Source: Hemiscyllium ocellatum
Lineage: Eukaryota
DNA: 64,000 bases
Assembly: GCF_020745735.1 (NCBI RefSeq)
Contig: NC_083427.1
Span: forward strand, 3,565,438-3,629,437
Direction: 5' to 3'
The position numbers and the translations under genes were made by a program. Shown one piece after another: positions 24,781 to 39,198 of the stretch. The notes under the pieces are model-generated. The model did no database searches, was not told the origin of the DNA, and saw only the letters and a program-made list of their open reading frames with translations. The first letter of the stretch is position 1. Every line of letters starts with the position of its first letter.

Positions 24781-27700
24781 CTGCTAATTACCTCTGTTAA
24801 ATTATGGCCTCATTTCTGTAATTAATATACATTTCTCCACCTGAGCGTTAATTGTATCCCAAGGTGATTCATATTATTTCCAAAATAGTTTCACTAACGA
24901 ACACGCATTGACATTTTTGAAGTGACCCAGATTATTGATCAATCATATAGTGCTCAAATATATGAATGAAATCTTGCAAAACCAGCGCACTATGAACGCA
25001 CTGAAAGACGCCATTCAGTCCACTGTATCTAGCCTGTGTCAAGTCTAATGCTAGTTGCCAGTGCTTGATGAATAGCCTTGTAGGTTGCAGCAACTAAATT
25101 GCCCATACAGAATGAATATGTGTAACTTGATGCTTTCTGTCTGAACCGTTCAACCAGTAAGCAAACCCCAGGCAGCCGAAGACCTTTTAATTTACCTCAT
25201 GTCCCGTGTAGTCTTCAAAGACTACCCTCTTGTTAAATGATGGTCAGATATCCGTTTTCTAATGGGAGAATGCGACTATGGCAGCACTACTTCACTTAAC
25301 GTCGTATTATCCACATTAATGCAATTCCCCCTGACTTCACCACACTAGCAACACGTCTTCGCTGCACATGCTACATAAGCACCGCATTATTTTGCACAAC
25401 TCGACTTAGTCAGTTATCAGGTCCCTCGATCGTAAGGAAATCAATAATGCCACATACAATCTTTCCTTACTGTATCAACGTAAAAGCCCTGACAATATTC
25501 CTTTGAACACTGATGTGCGCTGTCCCGAACATTTGTGTTCTTCCAGTAATACAGTGAACTCTACACAAAACTGCATCAGTGATCTAACAAAGATCTCCCA
25601 CAGTTCAAGCGTTACACCACTGTTTTTCTATTCAATATTTCATCAAAACACCTCGCACATTCCTTCTTTTTCGCAGTTTTTTCCTGTCATGTAGCAATAA
25701 TGGACCTGTGGACAAAAAATTTAGTTTCTCTAATATCCTGTAGTCTTCTTGGTATCTTTCTGGGAACTGCATGTTTACATGCAATGTTCCTCTCAGCATA
25801 TGCATAAATTTCCACTTTCATACTGAATGCAATGATCTCATTCCAAATACGGAAGTAAACCATTGATGTCAATCTGCATTCAACAGCCATGACCTTCAGG
25901 ATCAACAATAACACCAGCTTTGTGTTATCAGTGCAATCGATACCATGACTCATGCAATAAAGTATAAATCATTGATGATCGCCACAGAGAGCGAATAATT
26001 CAACACTAAGTCGTGTCATACAATATTGGAGATAATACTTCAATTCACAAAAAAAATCTCCGGTCTTAACCTTTGCTTCCGACCGCTAACATACCAAAAT
26101 TCGCCATATTCCCATATATCCAGTTGGCTTTATTTTTCTGAACAGTCTTCCAGCTGGACGTAAACAAATGCGTTTTTAAACCTTGTAGGTATCATTCACG
26201 TACTGTCCACATGAATCACTTTGTTGCTCTCACACCGAAACAAATTAATTAACTTTGTAAGACACGATATTCGTGTCACACATTCATGCTAATCTTCCTT
26301 GATTGCTGCACGCTTTTGTCAGTGGGCTTCCATTTGATCTCTAATTGTCTGTTTCAGTTCTCGTAACCTGTCCTGCTATGAGTTCAGGCTGACTGGCCAA
26401 TCACTACATCATCTGCCATCAAATCATTTTTAACACTAGAACAGCATTCGAAGACTTGCAATTCTCTGGTACTCCGCATGCATCGAATGAAGATTGGAAA
26501 GTTATCCTCTGCTTATGTTTTTTTCACGCACACCCGTTGATCATGTGATCTTTATATACCTTTGAGGAGGTCGATCTGTCCATGACCCCATTTTTCATTG
26601 TTAGTTTATCAGATACTTCACTGTACTCCTATTTACCTACATGTCTGTTTCAGCTGTCTCCTTTGCAAAGACAAAGACAAAATATTGTGTAAATATAAAT
26701 TACAACGCTCATTTATGTTTGGGACAATTCTTTCATCAATCACTATCTTGACCTTAAGCAAAAAAAATCCTTAATTTCTTCAGCATTGTTTGCATCCTTT
26801 CTTTGCGTTCCTAATTTCCTTTCTTCTTAGATTATCTTGGATTCTGTAGCTTCCAGCTGTTGTGACCATAGGAACAGAAATTTAGTAATTGGAGTGAAAC
26901 ATTCGGCTCCTTGAGCCTGGTTCATCATTCATGTTAGTGGCTGATAATCTACATCGTGATTATCAGCCACTACCACGCATCCATATTTCTGCTAATGCCA
27001 TTCGCATCTAAAAAGCAATCGCTTTCTATACTGCGCATGTTGGATGAATCACATAATCTCTCATTCTTCCATTGGCTTAGGCTATAGGTCCAGTTTCTTC
27101 TGTCCCTTTTCACAGGACAATCTGACCATTTCACAAATTTGTTATTTGAATGTCCATTGGAAGGAAAGTACATCCTTACAGAAGTGAGGGGAGCAAATTA
27201 AGTATTGTAACTATATACAACCTTATCAAAACTACAAAGTTGAAGCAAGACATAGTTTCATATTTACTCAAATTTACTTACGATGAAATTTTTAAACATC
27301 AACCTTCTTCAATACTTCCTCAGCAATTTGTCAAGTTTCAATCTATTCGGAACTACGAGTCCCTTTTTAGCATCAGTTACCAATCTCTTGATGTTCATGA
27401 AATACTTCACATTCCAAATAATCCAAAGTGAAAAACCTCACACTTAATCCACAAAATAATCAATCTGCACTATTCTTGCCAGACATCCAGGCTGACCATG
27501 ACAGTTTATAGCCTCTTCGTAATCTTATCACAACTCATATGTGACATTCACAATTATGGTTATATTACATTCCTTATAATCATTGATCAAGGTTATTAAT
27601 AACAGCTTGCAAGCGGTATTTATTGTGATATCTCACTCGCAACAATATTGTAACAATCGAATGATAGGTTATTTGTACCATTAATAACAACTCTGCGTTT

Positions 27701-29834
27701 TCTACAACTGAATTAAATCTTAATTAATGATAGAGAAATCCTGTATTCACACCAGCAAATTTCATGCAGAACAATTAATACTCCGATTGAATCGTGATAA
27801 CATTTACAAAGTGAGCTAATTCACATTATGAATTCGCACTTCTGCTCACATCCAGGACATCAGGTCTCACATTGATCTGCATGGCTGTGAATTCTCAGCA
27901 ACATCTGAATCGGGCGGCCATCTCAACTCAAAAGCAAAACATTTCAATTTCCTCATGTGTGTGCGATATTAGAACATCAGTGACGTGTGTGAGTTGGCAT
28001 CGATTTACCTCGGAACGGATGATGAGATTTGAAGGGATAGCAAGAGGTCAATATTTCTCCTGTGTGCAATTTGAGACATTGGGAGAAGGAAATTCTCGAT
28101 CTTATTTGCAGTTCTGCCTTCATCCAAAATTAATGCTTCAAATAGCTGACATGGCATGGTGACTTATGCAGGTCACCAAAGAACCTAAGTGGTAAAACCA
28201 GAATCCCTCAAATGAGAAAACTTTGCATACGACAAAAAGACATACGATAACAGAAGAGTTTGCTTCTTATAAATCGCACAAGACTGCATGTAAAGATCCC
28301 AACTACAGTAGCAGCATCATTCTGCGATTGGCAGGCTGTGTCAAATATGATCAACATCCCGTAACATGACCTCAAACATGTAACTGAAGTCACTGTACTT
28401 ACAGACACTGACCTCAGCATAGACTTGAGGAAAGGTCTACAGCACAGTGTTCCTTCCATTCACCGAAAATGCCATTGAATGGTAAGATACTACTGACCAC
28501 TTTATAAATATTTTCCAACACGAAGATAGCTCACATTCGGATATACAGAAGAGCCAAAAGAAAGTTAGCTCTCAATCATCAACCTAGCATGAACAGAGAT
28601 CACATCGTACTCAACTGACAACTGTCTACGTCCAGAGACGCCATATAAATGGAAATGCGCCACATCCAAAAACAAAGCAGAATGTCTCGCTCAGAGATAC
28701 AATCCATTGACAGGAAATATCGCATGTCATGGAACAGCAAAACTGCTGGGTATGTAATATTTCATCGCCATCACGAAGAGGGAGTCATCAATGCAATCTC
28801 ATCAAATCAATTGACCTGAGCATGTTATTTTACACCTGACCACGGATTTAAACTTCCATGGCCATTCAGGAATTTCAGAACAGCAGAGGATTTCCTTTCC
28901 TTCATCGAATCATATTCAGAACACCATTCTGCACAAAACGTAGGTCAAAAGACCCAATGTGAGATTTGTGCCTTGTAGCTCTTGGATGTTGCAGAAACTT
29001 TGCCAAAGACGTTGTTCCCTCATATTAGGATGCAAGTCTTACTGGGAGTGGGGGGGAGGGGTGGGGGGGGAAGGCGCGGTGGTGGTGCGGCGTGTGTAGG
29101 TGGAGCAGGTACCGGAGAACATGGACACCACCCTGCCAAACACTTCCCCACATTGCCCCATTAGTTCCCGCTTATTGTGCATGACAATTCAGCATGATAC
29201 TTAAAAGATAGTCTGCTTTGTACACAGGTTGCAATTATTACAACGTCATTAAAGCAACGAACTGGACAACTAATTCAGAATGTATTTAAATCCACTTAAA
29301 ATACTTTAGGTGTATGTTTTCAAGGACCATTTGAAATACGAATTTGCAAATCTGCAGTCAAGGAAAACGTGCAGGTTGTACATGGATGAGGTTCAAAGGA
29401 TAGAGTTTTGAAGGGACGAGGTCGGTGATGCTGCGTGAGTGGATTTGCATACCACTGTGTTTGAATATTTGGTATGACTGTTAAATGAAGATGAGGATAA
29501 CCAATTATAAATTTGGATGACAGAGTGTCATTGGGTGGACATGATGGTAGCATTAACAATTTGGATATGTAAGAGGCCAGAATTCCATGGATGCTGAAGA
29601 ATTAGTGAAAATAAAGTCGGAGCGAGTCACATCAATAATGGCAGAAGACGATGTAGACATGTTTAGATGAGTGAGGAATAGTAAGTAAGAGAATAATTAA
29701 TGAGCAATGTTGAGTAGCGTTCAATCAGCTTATTGACAATGAATGATTGGGAACTGCTGCAAATCGTTATGCTATTTTTATTTGAGTCATTTTAAGACGA
29801 TGGAGAGTGGAACATAGCAGACAGAGAGCTGAAC

Positions 29835-30140
29835 GGTGGCACAGTGGTTAGCACTGCTGCCTCACAGCGCCAGAGACCCAGAATCAATGCCTGCCTCAGG
29901 CGACTGACGGTGTGGAGTTTGCACATTCTCCCCGTGTCTCCCCTTCTGTGGGTGCCCCGGTTTCCTTCCACAGTCCAAAAATGTACAGGTTAGGTGAATT
30001 GGCAGTGCTAAATTGCCCGTAGTGTTAGGTGAAGGGGTAAATGTAGGGGAACAGGACTTGGTGGGTTGCGCTTCGGCGGGTCGGTGTGGACTTGTTGGGC
30101 CGAAGGGCATGTTTCCTCATTGTAAGTAGTCTAATCTAAT
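29835..30140 (+). mobile_element. tRNA-derived SINE (V-SINE/HE1-like) in the C5-TM intron
   Basis: Head GGTGGCACAGTGGTTAGCACTGCTGCCTCACAGCGCCAG, central TGTGGAGTTTGCACATTCTCCCCGTGT, CR1-like tail ending CTAATCTAAT. Confidence 0.9.
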
Positions 30141-30928
30141 ACAAAAAAGTAATGTCAAGAGGCACAGAAGGATTGGTTGAGCTTGTTGAAAGCAGATGTA
30201 CCAGAAGACATGACAAACATCTGTTGGGGTGAGTGAAAGGTTTGGACATTGACTTACAGTTTAAGGAGGATGTCGACTCAGAAAAGAAGTCAAATATCGC
30301 GAGAGGAAATGACCAATAGATAAATGGGGCGAATAAGAGACGGAGTGGGGTGGCACACAGAATGTAGGACAATGCATTGTGCGATTGGTGTTCACACATT
30401 AGATAGGTATGTGATATACACAGTGAAAAAATAGGGAACTGTGTGTGAGAGAGAGAGAGTTATGTAGGACTAGTGTCGAAGTGGAATCAATCAGGGGTAG
30501 TATGTAATTTATACATAGATGAGAGTCCAAGTACGGATCTTTGTGGAAACCAAAACTGAGGACTAGGATTAGACGTCACTTCAGGAGAATATTTGACAAG
30601 ACTTATCAAACGAAGGTGAAAGCAATTTGGATGACTGATTGTCATGCTAAATATGTTGGCATCACGTCGGTTTTAGTAATTCTTTTCAATGTGGATGTCC
30701 CACAAGCCAGGCCGAACAGAGGAATGCTGCCAAGAAACGTTTAGGATGAGTGTTACCTAAGTTGAAGCAACCCCAGTGGATCTAAAATTCTGCACATGTC
30801 AGCAGGCTGCTGCGCTGCCGTATCAGAAGAGGATATCACATGCATTTCAATCAAAGGCTATATCATCTTTGTTAAAACGCTATGCATAGAAACCAAGAAT
30901 AAGTAAGTCAAAAAGTTTTCATTCTGCG

Positions 30929-30934
30929 TTTATT
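30929..30934 (-). terminator. Candidate polyadenylation signal for the secretory mRNA
   Basis: First AATAAA seen on the minus strand downstream of the secretory stop, about 320 nt away. Supported by position only. Confidence 0.5.
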
Positions 30935-31255
30935 GCAATTATGAGAGCCACATACAGACGCAAGCATAATTTCTATTCCTTCTAATAACGATGTGAAATG
31001 CTTCAAGAAATCTACAGAACAATTACACTGACAAGACAAAGTTGTCCTTGCATTTCAGATTCTAAACACAATTATCATTAATTGACAGACAAAATTTGAA
31101 ATAGTGACTAATCTCTTATTTGCAAAAGTTTTTAGTATCAGGAATGTGACTGCACCATGCAGAGAATTGAAAATGCATTGGATCGGTTCCTTAAACAGTT
31201 ATTAACATCATGACATTTAGCTGTTTCTGGAAAGAAAATAGTATACCACGGCAAT

Positions 31256-31638
31256 CTAAATACAGGGTTTAACAGTGTCACTTAGTATGACTGAAACATT
31301 AACAAATGTTGGTTTACCGTGAGATTTATTTGTACTTCTGATTAAATCCCGGCTGAGGGATGGGTGGCCCACTAAGCAGGAGTAAGTGGTGTCACTGTTC
31401 CATTCCGCTGCAGTAAGTCTCAATCCGCTGGTAACGAAGCTGGAACCATTCCCCTTCTCGCTTTCTGATTGGGTCCAGTAGCTGGAATCCAGAAGGGTGT
31501 CATTAGCCATCCAACCAATGTAAATCTCATCTGGGTAAAAGCCGGTGGCGAGACACAACAGGGTAGCCGAATTCTCAGTATCAATCTCCTCCGTCGACGG
31601 ATGCAGGAGATAAACCTTAGGAGGACGGAATTCACTGA
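31256..31638 (-). CDS. IgNAR: IgNAR constant exon C5 plus secretory tail
   Basis: TTTACAG|TC AGT GAA TTC; encodes VSEFRPPKVYLLHPSTEEIDTENSATLLCLATGFYP...RSTNKSH. Internal donor CAC G|GTAAA at 31318/31317 serves TM splicing. Tail GKPTFVNVSVILSDTVKPCI* has an NVS sequon and a penultimate Cys. Confidence 0.96.
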
Positions 31639-32162
31639 CTGTAAAGAGAACAATGTTCATTTAACTGAGCTCATCTTATAACTACATCGAAAGTTCTTTG
31701 TTTGTAATGCAAGTGGTTTATAAAATATTTCCTGTCTGCAAGACTGTGCAAATATCTCTGAATGCTAGAACATTTCTTGTCCCGTAAAACAAAAACTTGG
31801 AGACAGTCACAGATTTTGAAATGACTGCCACTCTTGGGGTGCAAATGATTGAACTACATATCGGTCTTTAACACCAGGATTCCAGACTACCGGCCAGCTG
31901 ACCAGTTAATGTAGAATTTTAATGAATCGATAATTTATTTAATTATTCAATCACTCAAATCCAGTCTTTTCTCGATAGCAACAAAAACTGGTCTTTTGGA
32001 AGGAGACCATGCTGGACTGAAAATGTTCACCCTCTTTGTCTTTACACTGATTGTCCCAGTCCTGCTCAGTTTCCCCAGCACCTTTTTTTCACTTCCGACT
32101 TCTAACTCCGACTTCTAACTTCCGTCGTATTTTGCTCATATTGCAGTACTATCTCCACTTAC

Positions 32163-32483
32163 CAATTGTCTTCTTGATAGAGGCTTTCACTGGTGTTGGT
32201 AATTTACTGTCTTCTACCAAGCAAACATATTCAGCACCATTGTCCCACTCTGATGCCATTATTTTAAGTTTGCTCACAATGGTGGATTTACTTCCAATCC
32301 ACTCGGGATTTTGCGTCTCGACTCCTTCCACTCTCTCAGTCCCGTTCACTTGCCAGAAAACGTTGATATTTTCTAAGTCACTATAAACTACTTTGCATGC
32401 AATGGTCGCTGTCATTTCTTTCCAAATCTCTTCAAATGAAGGTTTCAGTAGATTGACAGAAATGTCTGGAAATCTGCATTCAT
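32163..32483 (-). CDS. IgNAR: IgNAR constant exon C4
   Basis: TTTTCAG|AT GAA TGC ... ACA ATT G|GTAAGT; 321 nt. Encodes DECRFPDISVNLLKPSFEEIW...EWDNGAEYVCLVEDSKLPTPVKASIKKTI. The N-terminal Cys matches the C3/C4 interchain cysteine of IgNAR. Confidence 0.95.
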
Positions 32484-35141
32484 CTGAAAAGAATAAGGAA
32501 TTCATTATTTTCAGTCTGCATTGTTTAAATCAGTTGCAAAATATGACATGAGTTGGGGAATGTTTTATTTACTGCAATCTGTTAACTGCCGACTTAGTTT
32601 GTTTCAGTTTATCTAATTAGATGTTGTGTTCGCTTGAACTAGACGTTTCCATTCGCAAGGAATGTACCTTCATTAATATTTGTAATCTATTACTGTATAT
32701 TTCGAAATTGCTGTGTCTTGCATATAATGGGACATGATTGCTTCCGTTCTGGGGCTGCACTTTTACCTAATGTAATTTCTGATGCTGGAAGATAGTTCAT
32801 ACTGTATGTCCTGCCTTTTACAGATTATAATATCAGATTAGGTAAAAGGTCTTATAAATGTCCTATATTCCAGTGCTCTATTTATTTTTACTGTGTCTGA
32901 CCAAAGTGTGGAGATGTTGTCCTAGTGTCAACTGACACCTTGATTTTTTGTTGCGTCGTTTGAGCGACCTTTGCTGTCCTATTTATTCAGGAAAATCTAT
33001 TCCTGACAATAATATGATACTTACTACACAATGCACACCTAGTAAACAGCATTCTCTGAAGATTGTGAGACACAAAATATTCTTTGAAGAGTGTGAAGTG
33101 AAGAAATCTGGAATATTCTACACGCATATCTTTGACTGCTTAAGTTTGATACTGGGAACAGCTAAAACTAATAGTTGTCAGTATTGTGATAACTTTAAAG
33201 GGACATAAAAGACATTGGAAAACATGCTTTTAGATTTCTTAGCGCAAGATGGTCGCTTTTAATGCAAATATAGTTAATTCTTTATGGATGACGGAAAATA
33301 TAAATGTAAAGAAGGTCCTTAGATGTTTTTCTTGTCTTGTTAACTTAAAACTTACTATCTTAATTGTATTAGCTTAGCAGGTTAACTCTGAAAATTCCAA
33401 AATCTCTTGTGAGGGCAAATGCTCCATGTCTCTTTTGCAATCCCAATCGCAGTGTTTTTGGCTGTATGCATACAATAAGCATTTCCTGGAATGATGCCAG
33501 TGCTGCAGTAATATTGAATAGGTGGGGAGAAAATTGCTGAAACTATTTCCGTATTGATTAGTATTTCTGTTTAGCATTCGAAACTCAAAGTCTGAATATT
33601 TGCTTGTCTGCTGGCAGCCCTGAGTGAATCATGTCCACTTCCACTGTATGTAATCAGTCGTAAAAGTAAGTGTTAGGAGGAGAATGGGATTGTGAGAAAA
33701 CTGATTTCAATAAAATTAATCATGTCCTATTGCTAAAAGAGAAATCGAAGGTTTAAAAATGACTTTTTAAAGCAAACAATGTCAGTATTTTTCGTGTTAG
33801 TGTGATAGTTTTAAGCCTCAGCGTTCTAAACTTAAACCAACTCGCACATGTATCATGTTTCATGTGAAATTCTTGCATCATCGTGGAAAGAAATGCATGA
33901 TTTAACCGTGAAACACAGACGTGGGTGGTTTATAAACTTCAATGAGGAATTTTATCTTAACTGCTCAGTATTAACGAATCCACACGAAAAAGAAACGTAC
34001 GTATGCAACCTATTCTACAGCAAATTCATATGACTTCCACTCAGTCATGCCATTCGCAGGAGCACAATTACATTCAGTTCCACCAAACCAACTCGGATGG
34101 AAAATGAAACGAAGGGACTGTATGTAACTCACGTGCATCTATTCTAACATAACTTTCTAAGAATCATCTGTGGAGCTAAGTCAACGCTTGGACTTTCAGC
34201 AGTTCGCTATTTCTGTGCATGGATGCTCCCCAAACAAAATTCCTCATGCGAAACGTTTTTGACTGAGTCCATCAACAACATTTGTTCGGTTGCTTCTTTG
34301 TTCTTTCCCATTGTTGTATGAGATTTATTTGCACCCTTCAGTCACCTCAGCTAGTGTTCCATCCAAATTTACGCCGTAATTGTCGGCAGATGAATTACCA
34401 GAGAGGCATTTCAGCCCATTAATCTACCCCCTTAATCACAAACCCATGTACCATAGATCAGTGTTCAAAGTTTGGGGCATTACTATTCACTGCTTGAAGG
34501 CCACTAATGGTTGGCACAGTTATCTGTCTATTCCGGCGACGTCTAATGAGAATGTTACTGAAGAATAGAGTCCTTGAAATATACAAGATAATTCACATGC
34601 TTGAGCTCCACACTTGGGCAACTGTTCAGGTTGTATTTATTCTTACCTCTCAGTTGAAGTCAGCAATCACTTATGCTGGACCGAAAGTAGGATTATGAAA
34701 CATTGGTTGGCAGCATTCTTCCATTTGTCATCATTAACTGTTGTCTAAAGGTATCATACCTTCAAGAGTTAATTGTGCAATGAAGAATTTAAAAAAAAAA
34801 CTTTTCTCGTCAAACTATTTAGAAAAGTTATTACACAACTCTGGAGCCGATGATACTCGAACTCAAACCTGCCGGATCGTTACCAATGCTGTAGGAAATG
34901 TATCCTTGTATCTGTTATATCAACGGTTCTCACACTGGTTGAAGTGGAGCACTTGTTGGATATCATTTATTCTACGGTCTACCAACTGCCTGCCTGGTCT
35001 GTGTTAAAGTTTTTTTTCAAGGAGTTGTCGTGAATTTTAATGTTTTCTGACTCTTTGAATATTCGATTACAGTTTCATCTAGTGTCGACATTTGTCACAA
35101 AGCATTATTTGCGAGAAAAATTGCTGAGAAACAGTTCTTAC

Positions 35142-35459
35142 CATTCGGGTTCCTGATAACCCTTTTCACAATGGATTGGGAAGGTGGATGCGAGACAGTG
35201 CAGGTGTATTTTGCTCCACTGTTCCATTCTACTGCAGATAAAATGAGAAGGCTCCTTGCACTGAAAGTCAGGTCCTGTTCCAGAGCAGTGGGAAAATTGG
35301 TGATGTTTGCTCTCAAAGAAGCTCCGTCTTTCTCCCAGGAAATACTTATACTGTCAGGATAGAATCCTCTTATCAAACATGTTAGAGTGGCAGAGCTGGT
35401 GTTTTGAATCTCTTCTGGTGACGGGGGAAAGATGTGGAGATTTGGCTTAATTGGTACGA
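35142..35459 (-). CDS. IgNAR: IgNAR constant exon C3
   Basis: TTGCAG|TC GTA CCA ... CCG AAT G|GTAAG; 318 nt, after a 92-nt intron. Encodes VVPIKPNLHIFPPSPEEIQNTSSATLTCLIRGFYPDSISISW...EWNSGAKYTCTVSHPPSQ...RNPN. Confidence 0.95.
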
Positions 35460-35551
35460 CTGCAATAGAATTATAGAGAATATTAGTTTTTCGTTTATGG
35501 CCATTCGTTCATAAAACAACTTATAAAAAAAATTTCCTTTTCGTAACCAAC

Positions 35552-35854
35552 CTCTTTGTTTTCCTGTTCGTTTTGATACTGGGGTCGATGACTGATTCTG
35601 TTTTGCGGAGCATATGTATTCCGTCCCACTCTGCCACTCTTCCACGCTGCTGGTCAAGCGGCTGATGGTCAGATATTGGTTTCCTTCTATTTTAGCTGCT
35701 TCGATTTTCACACCATAATTCCTTACCTTCCCATCCACCATCCAAGAGACGACTACCCCAGCAGAAACTGTAGAGAGCACTTCACAAACCAGAGTGGCAC
35801 TTTTATTGATCCAGATTTCTTCAACTAATGGATTCCTTAGCAGCACAGCAATCT
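35552..35854 (-). CDS. IgNAR: IgNAR constant exon C2
   Basis: GAACAG|AG ATT GCT GTG ... CAA AGA G|GTTGGT; 303 nt. Encodes EIAVLLRNPLVEEIWINKSATLVCEVLSTVSAGVVVSW...EWQSGTEYICSAKQ...KRTGKQR. Confidence 0.95.
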
Positions 35855-36029
35855 CTGTTCGTGAGGAATCAAAGGTTCAGATTGTGGAACATGTTCCAAT
35901 CATGCAACTGCGAAAGTTACAAGAGATTGGAAAATATACCTATTTCTCTCACCGATATGTGTTGAACTTGAAACACGATTGTTTTCTCCACGGTTATTGA
36001 TTTGGATCACATATGAAGTAAGAGATAAT

Positions 36030-36460
36030 TAGGGAGAGAGCGGGGTAAAGACAGACAGAGTGAGACAGTGAGATGTACGCCGAAAGATTGTCATTGAAAG
36101 AATGAAAGTGACATACTGAAGAAAATAACCAGAGAGAGGGTGAGTGTCAGACAGTATCAAAAAGACTGGAGAAGGAGGCATGGAGACCGACCGATGCACG
36201 CAGAAAGAAAAGCACATGGAATAACAATGAATGATGCACAACAATGATTAATATCTACAGTGACGGAAAGATAAAGGAAGAATTATTTTCGATATTGAGA
36301 ATGGAAGACACAGAAAAGAGAGATCAGTGGAAACATACAGTCGGATGGATAAACAGAGACAGAGCAAGACTGACAGTAACAAAGAAATTGATAAAAAGAA
36401 AGATTGACATTGAGAGACAGGAAATTTACCACACAGCGATGCTCAATGAATTTAAGTCCA
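36030..36460. repeat. Degenerate purine-rich (GACA/GAGA-like) low-complexity tract in the C1-C2 intron
   Basis: Strong A/G skew on the plus strand with recurrent GACAG/GAGAC words. Confidence 0.5.
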
Positions 36461-36680
36461 GACGACAATTGAAATCATTATCGCTGACAAGTCATGAAAA
36501 TGCTGTCCAAGAAATCCCTGCACAATAAAATGTTATTGATATCACTCACTGCACCTAGTTCAAGAATGCTACACTCTCAAATACAGACTACCAGTATAAC
36601 ATTCCATCTCATCCTGTACTGATTACGAATATGACTATCTTTTATGATTGTGAGCTTGTGAGTACATTTAATTTTCTTAC

Positions 36681-37001
36681 CGGATGTTGATCTAACCTCT
36701 TTTCTCTGATTACTGTTCGTTGCAGAATGAGAAACATGACAGCTGTACATAGAGCCGCTGCTCCATTCCTGCTGAGATACTTTAAGTAAGCTTGTAGAGC
36801 TGAAGTCATTGGTCGACGTTTTCATTGGTGATGTAGTTGTAAAACCAGAACTGATGACATTTTTGTTCTTCTGCCAACTGATCACAATGTTTTTTGGATA
36901 GTATCTGCTGATTATACAAATCAGATGTACAAATCCGTTTGCTCTCTGTTCTTCAGTTGCAGAATAAAATAGACTGATGACTGGTGCAGTAGGCTTTAGT
37001 C
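36681..37001 (-). CDS. IgNAR: IgNAR constant exon C1
   Basis: TTTTAG|GA CTA AAG CCT ... ACA TCC G|GTAAG; 321 nt, phase 1/1. Encodes GLKPTAPVISLFYSATEEQRANGFVHLICIISRYYPKNIVISWQKNKN...YSCHVSHSATNSNQRKEVRSTS. Confidence 0.95.
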
Positions 37002-39198
37002 CTAAAATTACAAAAAAAGGAGATTTACTCCCTTTTGTACTTTCGATTAGACTGTTTCTGTGATGTCCTGTTCAATCGATAACTCTCAGATATTACATAA
37101 AAGAGATGGTTGTATCTTTATGTCATGTTGCTTAAATAGATGGTTCACAGCGTTTGCCTCATCTTTAACTGTGAGCTGAGCTCCAAACTGCAGAGAGTCA
37201 CGCAGCATGGAGATAGACCATGTGGTTTAAGTCATCCATGTCATCGGATTTTTTAAATTTGACTAGTTCAATATGCCAATGTTTGGCCTATAACTCTTCA
37301 AACCTTTCAATTTATTGTACCCTTCCAAACGCCTTTGAAATTTTGTAACTGTTGCTACAATTTCTTTGGTAGTAGATTCCAGAAACCTACCACATTCTGT
37401 GCAAAAAAAAACAAAGGTGCCACTTCGGTCCCTTTAAAACCTTTTCAATGTCACCTTAAACCTATTCCCTCTAGATTTGAACTCCAATATCCTAGGGGAA
37501 AAGGTCTTCACCATTTATCTTATCAGTGCTTTTCATGATTTTATAAACAGCTGTAAGGTCACACCTTTAACTCCTCTATTTGGAGACCCCCTGTTTGCAT
37601 ATCTATAAATTCACTGTTTTCTGATACTTAGCTCATCTGCCATTTAAACATTAACTCATGAATTTGTGCAAACTGGAAAATGCATTCCTGGCCAAAATCC
37701 TACTTTCCGAATTTGGCGTTTCAAAACCTCTGCTCCCAGTGTCGTAATCGTATACGAAGTATTCATTCTGGATCACCCCTGTGCTTTGTGACCTACCTTT
37801 TGTCGTGTCAAACTGTGTCTCACTTTCAAAATTGCTTTTCAGTCCTCAATTTCTCAATGGCTTCACTCAACTCCATCTCTAAAATTTCCTCCAGCTCAAG
37901 TCATCTGAGAAATATGTATTCATCTAATACTACGCTCTGGAGAATTCCGAATTATAACTGGCCCAAAATCGATAGCTTTGCTTCTCGTCCCGAAACCTGA
38001 GGTTCAGTAATACTCCCTCATATACCTCTTCTCCTTTCTTTAATTTATGTGTGCACTTATTAAATAATGTCTTTTTGTTGAAACTTTACCCAACTTCAAG
38101 ATATTGATGATATTTGGCGATAATCGGTTTTACATTTCCTGTTTATGGAGAAATTTGATTGCATAGAGTTATCTGGAAATAGTTTTGGGCAGGCATTTCT
38201 GAAAAAAAAGGTGTAACTTGAGTTATGATAAATCAACAGAAACGTATTTGCACATCGAATAACGAAAATCTTGAGGTTTTGTTCACGTACTGAGAGGGAG
38301 CAAAAATGTCTCTTGTTGAAGTAAAAATCTCTACTACGCCAACTATTGGTTAAAGTTGGCAGAACACATCGATTAATTCCCCATCCTCCAACCGTCTCAC
38401 TGTTGACAGATGATCACTGAGGATTGGAAATGCACAGTTCACGACCGTTACACAGCGAAAATATTCTCATGCTTTTCACATAGATCGTTTTCAAAATTGT
38501 TCTCGTTTAGCTTCTCTAAAATGAACACAGAGTGGTACTCTGAGCGACGCTGCCTTTGGAATGAAGTTCCTAATCTGAAACATCCAACTCCAGCATAATG
38601 TAGATCACTTAATATTCCCATTCATGCAGGTAGAAATTTTTTTTAAAAATGCCTTGGTTTCCCAATACACACAAATGGGTTTCTTCCCATTCCGTTTTTG
38701 ATTTGTTCTCATAAATTTAAAAAATTCTTGTTAAGGAACCAAACCACATTTTCTTGTTCCCTAAACGAAACGAAAATCTGACCGAAATGTTAAAAGCCTG
38801 GGATTCCATTTTCAGACTGTGCTGTGCACCAGACGTCTTACAGGAGCCATCAGCAAGATCATGGTGCTTGTTCCTGCAAACAACTCCTGTCTCACGAGTG
38901 CCTCAGCTGAGCTGCTGCAATTTCCCCCCAAGTGTATCCTCAACTACTCCGTCATTTTCTTCACTGGTATCCAATCTTTAACTTCATTTAAATTCAACTA
39001 GTCCGAACTCTATTTCCCAGAACCAAGATAGCACCATTTCTTGTTCACCAATTAATACATTACCTCAAAGACAGGCAATATTTTATAGCTAATTTTCTCA
39101 TCCGTGTGTTCAAATCAAGCCAGCCATACTGATACTTCGACAATGCTGTGAGCTGAACACCGTCCTAGTTTCTGTACTGATCCAATCTGCTTTTTTTG

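Noticed and set aside
25700-25970. Plus-strand hydrophobic frame (LLGIFLGT..ISTFILNAMISF) as a GPCR TM1-2 remnant
   Set aside because: Interrupted by stops and lacks diagnostic residues.
28208-28459. ORF in the C5-TM intron as an alternative TM exon
   Set aside because: Charged residues in the putative helix, no CART motif and no convincing splice sites.
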